Origin: Vicinamibacterales bacterium
Lineage (GTDB): Bacteria; Acidobacteriota; Vicinamibacteria; Vicinamibacterales; UBA2999
Direction of reading: 5' to 3'
DNA length: 64,000 nucleotides
NCBI GenBank assembly: GCA_050187355.1
Contig: JBFWXO010000027.1
Span: 296-64,295, forward strand
Part shown: in pieces, positions 60,239-64,000 of the stretch
How the letters are laid out: every line of letters begins with the position of its first letter
Numbering within the stretch: the stretch's first letter is position 1
Translations under genes and position numbers: made by a program
Notes under the pieces: model-generated
Database searches by the model: none
Told to the model about the DNA's origin: nothing
What the model saw: the letters and a program-made list of their open reading frames with translations, nothing else

Positions 60239-61193
60239 CCCGGCCCGCCCTGAGGCGGCGGCGTTCGACGACTTCGCCCTCGCGTGCCGCCGCCTCGTGG
60301 ACGAGGCGCTGGCGCGCTGGCTTCCCCGGGCACCGCGCTGCCCGGAGGTCGTGTCCGACGCCATGCATTACAGCCTCACCGCGGGCGGCAAGCGGCTGCG
60401 GCCGATCCTGGTGCTGGCCGCGGCCGACGCCGTCGCCAGCCGCCGCGGCCTGGACGTCGACGCCGCGCGCGCGCTGGCCCTGCCCGCGGCCTGCGCGCTG
60501 GAGCTGATCCACACGTACTCCCTCGTCCACGACGACCTGCCCGCCATGGACGACGACGCGATGCGCCGCGGCCGCCCGACCCTGCACACGGTCGTCGGCG
60601 AGGGACAGGCGATCCTGGCGGGTGACGGCCTCCAGGCCGAGGCGTTCGGCCTGCTCGCGCGGGAACCCGACACCACGGATCCCGATCTCGCGCTGCGCAA
60701 GCTGCGCGTCATCGATCTCATCGCGCGCGCGGCGGGGCCGGAGGGCATGGTGGGCGGCCAGGCCATCGATCTCCAGGCGGCGGGCAAGGGCCCGGGCGAG
60801 ACGCGGGTGCTCGACGGCCCGACGCTGGCCGACATGCACGCGCGCAAGACGGGCGCCCTCATCCGCGCCGCGGCCGGGGCCGGGGCCGTCATGGCGGGCG
60901 CCGACGACGCCATGCTCGGCAGTCTCGACCGCTGGGCGGCCGAGGTCGGTCTGGCATTCCAGATCGTGGACGACGTCCTCGATGTCGAGGGCGAGTCGGG
61001 CGCGCTTGGCAAGACGGCGGGCAAAGACGCCGCCCACGGCAAGCCGACGTTCCCGACCCTCTTCGGCCTGGCCGCGTCGAAGCGCCTCGCCGCCGAGGCG
61101 ACGGCGCGCGCGGAGCACGCGCTCGCCGAGGCCGGGCTGGCCGGCTCGCACCTCGATGCCATCGCGCGCTGGATCCTCCAGCGGACCTCGTGA
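60225..61193 (+). CDS. ispA: Polyprenyl (farnesyl/geranylgeranyl) diphosphate synthase
   Basis: GGKRLRP, the first Asp-rich motif (LVHDDLPAMDDDAMRRGRPT) and the second (FQIVDDVLD) are present. It overlaps xseB by 14 nt. Confidence 0.9.
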   Translation: MKTTSPARPEAAAFDDFALACRRLVDEALARWLPRAPRCPEVVSDAMHYSLTAGGKRLRPILVLAAADAVASRRGLDVDAARALALPAACALELIHTYSLVHDDLPAMDDDAMRRGRPTLHTVVGEGQAILAGDGLQAEAFGLLAREPDTTDPDLALRKLRVIDLIARAAGPEGMVGGQAIDLQAAGKGPGETRVLDGPTLADMHARKTGALIRAAAGAGAVMAGADDAMLGSLDRWAAEVGLAFQIVDDVLDVEGESGALGKTAGKDAAHGKPTFPTLFGLAASKRLAAEATARAEHALAEAGLAGSHLDAIARWILQRTS

Positions 61194-61215
61194 CGCGCCG
61201 ACGCCCCGCCCGCCG

Positions 61216-61962
61216 ATGAAGCTGCGGCTCGATCAACTGCTCGTGCGGCGCGGGCTCGTCGAGTCGCGCGAGCGCGCGCAGGCCCTCATCATGGCGGGCC
61301 AGGTGGACCTCGACGGACGCGCGGCGGTCAAGGCCGGCACGATGGTCTCCGAGCACGCCGACGTCAAGGTGATCGGACCGGACCACCCCTGGGTGAGCCG
61401 CGGCGGCGTGAAACTGGCCCACGCGCTGGACGCGTTCGGCCTCGACATCACGGGCCGGGTCGGCCTCGACGTCGGGGCCTCCACGGGAGGATTCACCGAT
61501 GTGCTCCTCGCCCGGGGCGCGGCGACCGTCTTCGCGGTGGACGTCGGCCACGGGCAGTTGCACTGGCGGCTGCGCAACGACCCGCGCGTCGCCGTGATCG
61601 AGGGCGTGAACGCCCGGCACCTCACGCGCGAGGACCTCCCTGGCCTGGAGGGCGGGCCCGGCATCGTCACCGTCGACGTGTCGTTCATCTCGCTGGCGCT
61701 CATCCTGCCCCCGCTCCTGGCGCTCGTGGCGGCGGACGCCGACCTCGTGGCCCTCGTGAAGCCGCAGTTCGAGGCCGGCCGCCGGGACGCGCCGCGGGGC
61801 GTGGTCCGCGATCCGGCCGTGCACGCCAGGGTGCTGGCCGAGATCACGGGCAAAGCGGCTGGGATAGGATGGTCGCGGCTTGCCGCCACGCCGTCGCCGA
61901 TCGTCGGCGCGAAGGGCAACCGCGAGTTCCTGGTCCATTTCCGGCCGGCGGGCGGCCGCTGA
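61216..61962 (+). CDS. tlyA: TlyA-family rRNA 2'-O-methyltransferase (hemolysin A family)
   Basis: In-frame ATG at 61216. RLDQLLVRRGLVESRERAQALIMAGQV is the S4 domain. LDVGASTGGFTDVLL is the SAM motif. ALVKPQFE also fits. Confidence 0.9.
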   Translation: MKLRLDQLLVRRGLVESRERAQALIMAGQVDLDGRAAVKAGTMVSEHADVKVIGPDHPWVSRGGVKLAHALDAFGLDITGRVGLDVGASTGGFTDVLLARGAATVFAVDVGHGQLHWRLRNDPRVAVIEGVNARHLTREDLPGLEGGPGIVTVDVSFISLALILPPLLALVAADADLVALVKPQFEAGRRDAPRGVVRDPAVHARVLAEITGKAAGIGWSRLAATPSPIVGAKGNREFLVHFRPAGGR

Positions 61963-61969
61963 ACGCTCC

Positions 61970-62839
61970 ATGCTGATCGGCATCGTCGCAAAGCCCGGAC
62001 TGGACGGCGCCCGAGACACGCTCGGGCGCCTCCGCGCGTGGCTGGACGGGCGCGGCGCGGAGGCGCAGTGGTCGCCGGAGGCGGCGGCGCTGCTCGCCGA
62101 TCCGCCGCGCGCCGTCGTCTCCCGCGACGACATGGCGGCCAGCGCCGACCTGGTGGTGGTGCTGGGCGGCGACGGCACGCTGCTCGCCATGGCCGACCGG
62201 ATCGCCCGCGGCCCGCGCGACGTGCCGATCCTCGGCGTCAACTTCGGGAGCCTCGGCTTCCTCACCGAGATCACGCGGCCCGAGCTCTTCGACGCGCTCG
62301 CCGGGGTGCTGGACGGTTCGGCCTCGCTCGACGAGCGCATGATGCTGTCGGCCACCGTGCGCGGACGCCACGAGTTCCTGCGCGAGACGCCCGTGCTGAA
62401 CGACGTCGTGTTCACCCGGACCGCGCTATCGCGCATCATCGACCTGTCGGTATGGGTCGGCGAGCAGTTCGTCACGACGGTGCGCGCCGACGGCCTGATC
62501 GTGGCGAGCCCGACCGGATCGACCGCCTACAACCTGGCGGCGGGCGGCCCCATCGTGCACCCGGCGATGGACGCGTTCATCCTGACGCCGATCGCCCCGC
62601 ACACGCTCAGCAACCGCCCGATCGTCGTGCCCGCCGAACGGGACGTGCGCGTGGCGGTGACCGCCGAGAACGGCGGCGCGGAGGTGTATGTGACCTTCGA
62701 TGGGCAGACCGGCGGACCGCTCCAGCCAGGCGACGACGTGATCGTCCGGCGGGCGGCGCGCTCGGTGAAGCTCGTGCGGGCCACCTCGCGGACCTACTTC
62801 GAGGTCCTGCGGCAGAAGCTGAAGTGGGGCGAGCGCTAG
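61970..62839 (+). CDS. nadK: NAD kinase
   Basis: In-frame ATG at 61970. LVVVLGGDGTLL, NFGSLGFL and DGLIVASPTGSTAYNLAAGGPI fit NadK. Confidence 0.9.
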   Translation: MLIGIVAKPGLDGARDTLGRLRAWLDGRGAEAQWSPEAAALLADPPRAVVSRDDMAASADLVVVLGGDGTLLAMADRIARGPRDVPILGVNFGSLGFLTEITRPELFDALAGVLDGSASLDERMMLSATVRGRHEFLRETPVLNDVVFTRTALSRIIDLSVWVGEQFVTTVRADGLIVASPTGSTAYNLAAGGPIVHPAMDAFILTPIAPHTLSNRPIVVPAERDVRVAVTAENGGAEVYVTFDGQTGGPLQPGDDVIVRRAARSVKLVRATSRTYFEVLRQKLKWGER

Positions 62840-62871
62840 GCGCGCCCCCGAATCCGACAGGAGGACACGGC

Positions 62872-63411
62872 ATGGCCGTCCGCGACGAGCTGCTCGAACT
62901 GGCCGCCCACATGGAGTGGGCCGACGCCCTGGTGTGGAGCACGACGCTGCAGTCGGGGCCGGCCCGCGCTGACGAGCGCGTGAAGGGCTGGCTGCATCAC
63001 ATGCACACGGTACAGCTGGCGTTCCCCGCGATCTGGCGGGGCGGGCAGCCCCACCTCGTGAGCGCGGCGAGCTTCGCCGACATGCCCGCGCTGGGCGCCT
63101 GGGGACGCGGCGCTCACGCCGGCTTCCAGGCGTTCCTGGCGACGGCCGACGACGCCGTCCTCTCGTCGACGATCAAGCTGCCCTGGGCCGGGCGGGCCAT
63201 CGAGCGTCCGGACGCCGTCGCGCATCCCACGCTGGCCGAGACGGCCCGGCAGGTGGCCATGCACAGCATGCACCACCGCGGGCAGGTGAACGCACGCCTC
63301 CGCGAACTCGGCGCCGAGCCGCCGCTGGTGGACTACATCGCCTGGATCTGGCGCGGGCGCCCCGCGCCGCCGTGGCCCCGCAACATCCCCGCGCCGCAGC
63401 CCGCCGACTGA
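62872..63411 (+). CDS. DinB-family (damage-inducible, four-helix bundle) protein
   Basis: In-frame ATG at 62872, preceded by CAGGAGGAC. HMEWADALVW, HHMHTVQ and HSMHHRGQV form the His triad pattern of the DinB/YfiT fold. Confidence 0.75.
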   Translation: MAVRDELLELAAHMEWADALVWSTTLQSGPARADERVKGWLHHMHTVQLAFPAIWRGGQPHLVSAASFADMPALGAWGRGAHAGFQAFLATADDAVLSSTIKLPWAGRAIERPDAVAHPTLAETARQVAMHSMHHRGQVNARLRELGAEPPLVDYIAWIWRGRPAPPWPRNIPAPQPAD

Positions 63412-63429
63412 CGCGCCGGCGGCGGCCCG

Positions 63430-64000
63430 TTACTGGCCCGACGGGTCCTGCGCCTCGAGCCGCGCACGGGCGCGGCGCTCGCGGAAGTACTTCACCTGCC
63501 ACTCGTAGACGTTGCGGTTGTGCTCGGCGAGCGTGCGCGAAAAGACGTGGGTGCCGTCGTTGCGGCTCACGAAATAGAGGTAGTCCACGGGCGCCGGCGA
63601 GACGACGGCCTCGAGCGCGCGTCGGCCCGGGGCCGCGATGGGACCGGGCGGCAGGCCACCGTAGCGGTAGGTGTTGTAGGGCGAATCGAACTGCAGGTCG
63701 TCGCGGGACAGGTTGCCGTCCCACTTGCCCGCCCGCTGCAGGGCATAGATGACGGTGGGATCGGCCTGCATGCCCATGCCGATCCGGAACCGGTTGCGAT
63801 AGACGGCTGCGACCAGCGGGCGCTCGGCGTCCTGGGCCGTCTCCTTTTCCACCAGGGCCGCCAGCGTCACGACCTGCCGCACGGTCAGGCCGTCGGCCGC
63901 CGCGCGGGCGATGAGGTCGGGTGTGAGGGCGGCCCGGAACCCGCGGACCATCTGCGCGACGAGGGTGCCAGCCGCCACGCGGCGGGGCACCGGATAGGTG
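63430..64000 (-). CDS. mltG: Endolytic murein transglycosylase MltG (YceG-like), C-terminal part; gene continues past the window end
   Basis: LASLVEKE-type segment, RPLVAAVYRNRFRIGMGMQADPTVIY, SPYNTYRYGGLPPGPIAAPG and YLYFVSRNDGTHVFSRTLAEHN fit MltG. The apparent start at 63990 in the track is probably internal. Confidence 0.85.
   Translation of the reverse strand, partial: TYPVPRRVAAGTLVAQMVRGFRAALTPDLIARAAADGLTVRQVVTLAALVEKETAQDAERPLVAAVYRNRFRIGMGMQADPTVIYALQRAGKWDGNLSRDDLQFDSPYNTYRYGGLPPGPIAAPGRRALEAVVSPAPVDYLYFVSRNDGTHVFSRTLAEHNRNVYEWQVKYFRERRARARLEAQDPSGQ

Overview
The window is a very GC-rich chromosomal segment from a Gram-negative bacterium, shown by lpxB, lpxD, a TolC/RND efflux set and outer-membrane barrel genes. 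The style is compatible with Acidobacteriota or Gemmatimonadota, but I cannot assign a taxon from sequence alone. I support about 57 protein-coding genes. I recognised no rRNA or tRNA, no CRISPR array, and no transposase, integrase or prophage genes.

Most genes are housekeeping or envelope functions:
- Translation, tRNA modification and transcription: typA, gatCA, queG, tlyA, rpoZ.
- Central metabolism: acnA, type III glutamine synthetase (glnN), nadK, ispA, fadD.
- Stress and repair: dnaK, two hsp20 genes, xseAB.
- Envelope: lpxB, lpxD, mltG, an RND efflux trio.
- Several secreted peptidases of families M10, M16, M20, M49-like and S9.

Many gene junctions overlap by ATGA or GTGA (4177, 21830, 24965, 26415, 27404, 30706, 51999, 57751, 58584). 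This gives direct evidence for operon membership.

The features that ordinary annotation does not explain are:
1. A family of tandem heptamer repeats, (GGGACCN)n, in inverted pairs at two intergenic loci. They have canonical G-quadruplex spacing.
2. An orphan RnfD/NqrB-like membrane protein fused to cysteine-rich Sel1/Hcp-type repeats and translationally coupled to a secreted FGE-domain protein.
3. A prodomain-less matrixin-type (MMP-like) metalloprotease coupled to an unknown secreted partner and a small outer-membrane barrel. This module heads a seven-gene string that also holds an osmoprotectant-type ABC importer, an M20 peptidase and a class-A beta-lactamase-like hydrolase.
4. Two sharp AT-rich islands (about 36% G+C by my count), upstream of glnN and of dnaK. 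Both carry palindromes or direct repeats that match no classical operator I know.

The very long ORFs in the supplied track (up to 1687 aa) are shadow ORFs of real genes and were rejected. All functional calls come from reading the translations and recalling family motifs. No database search was possible.
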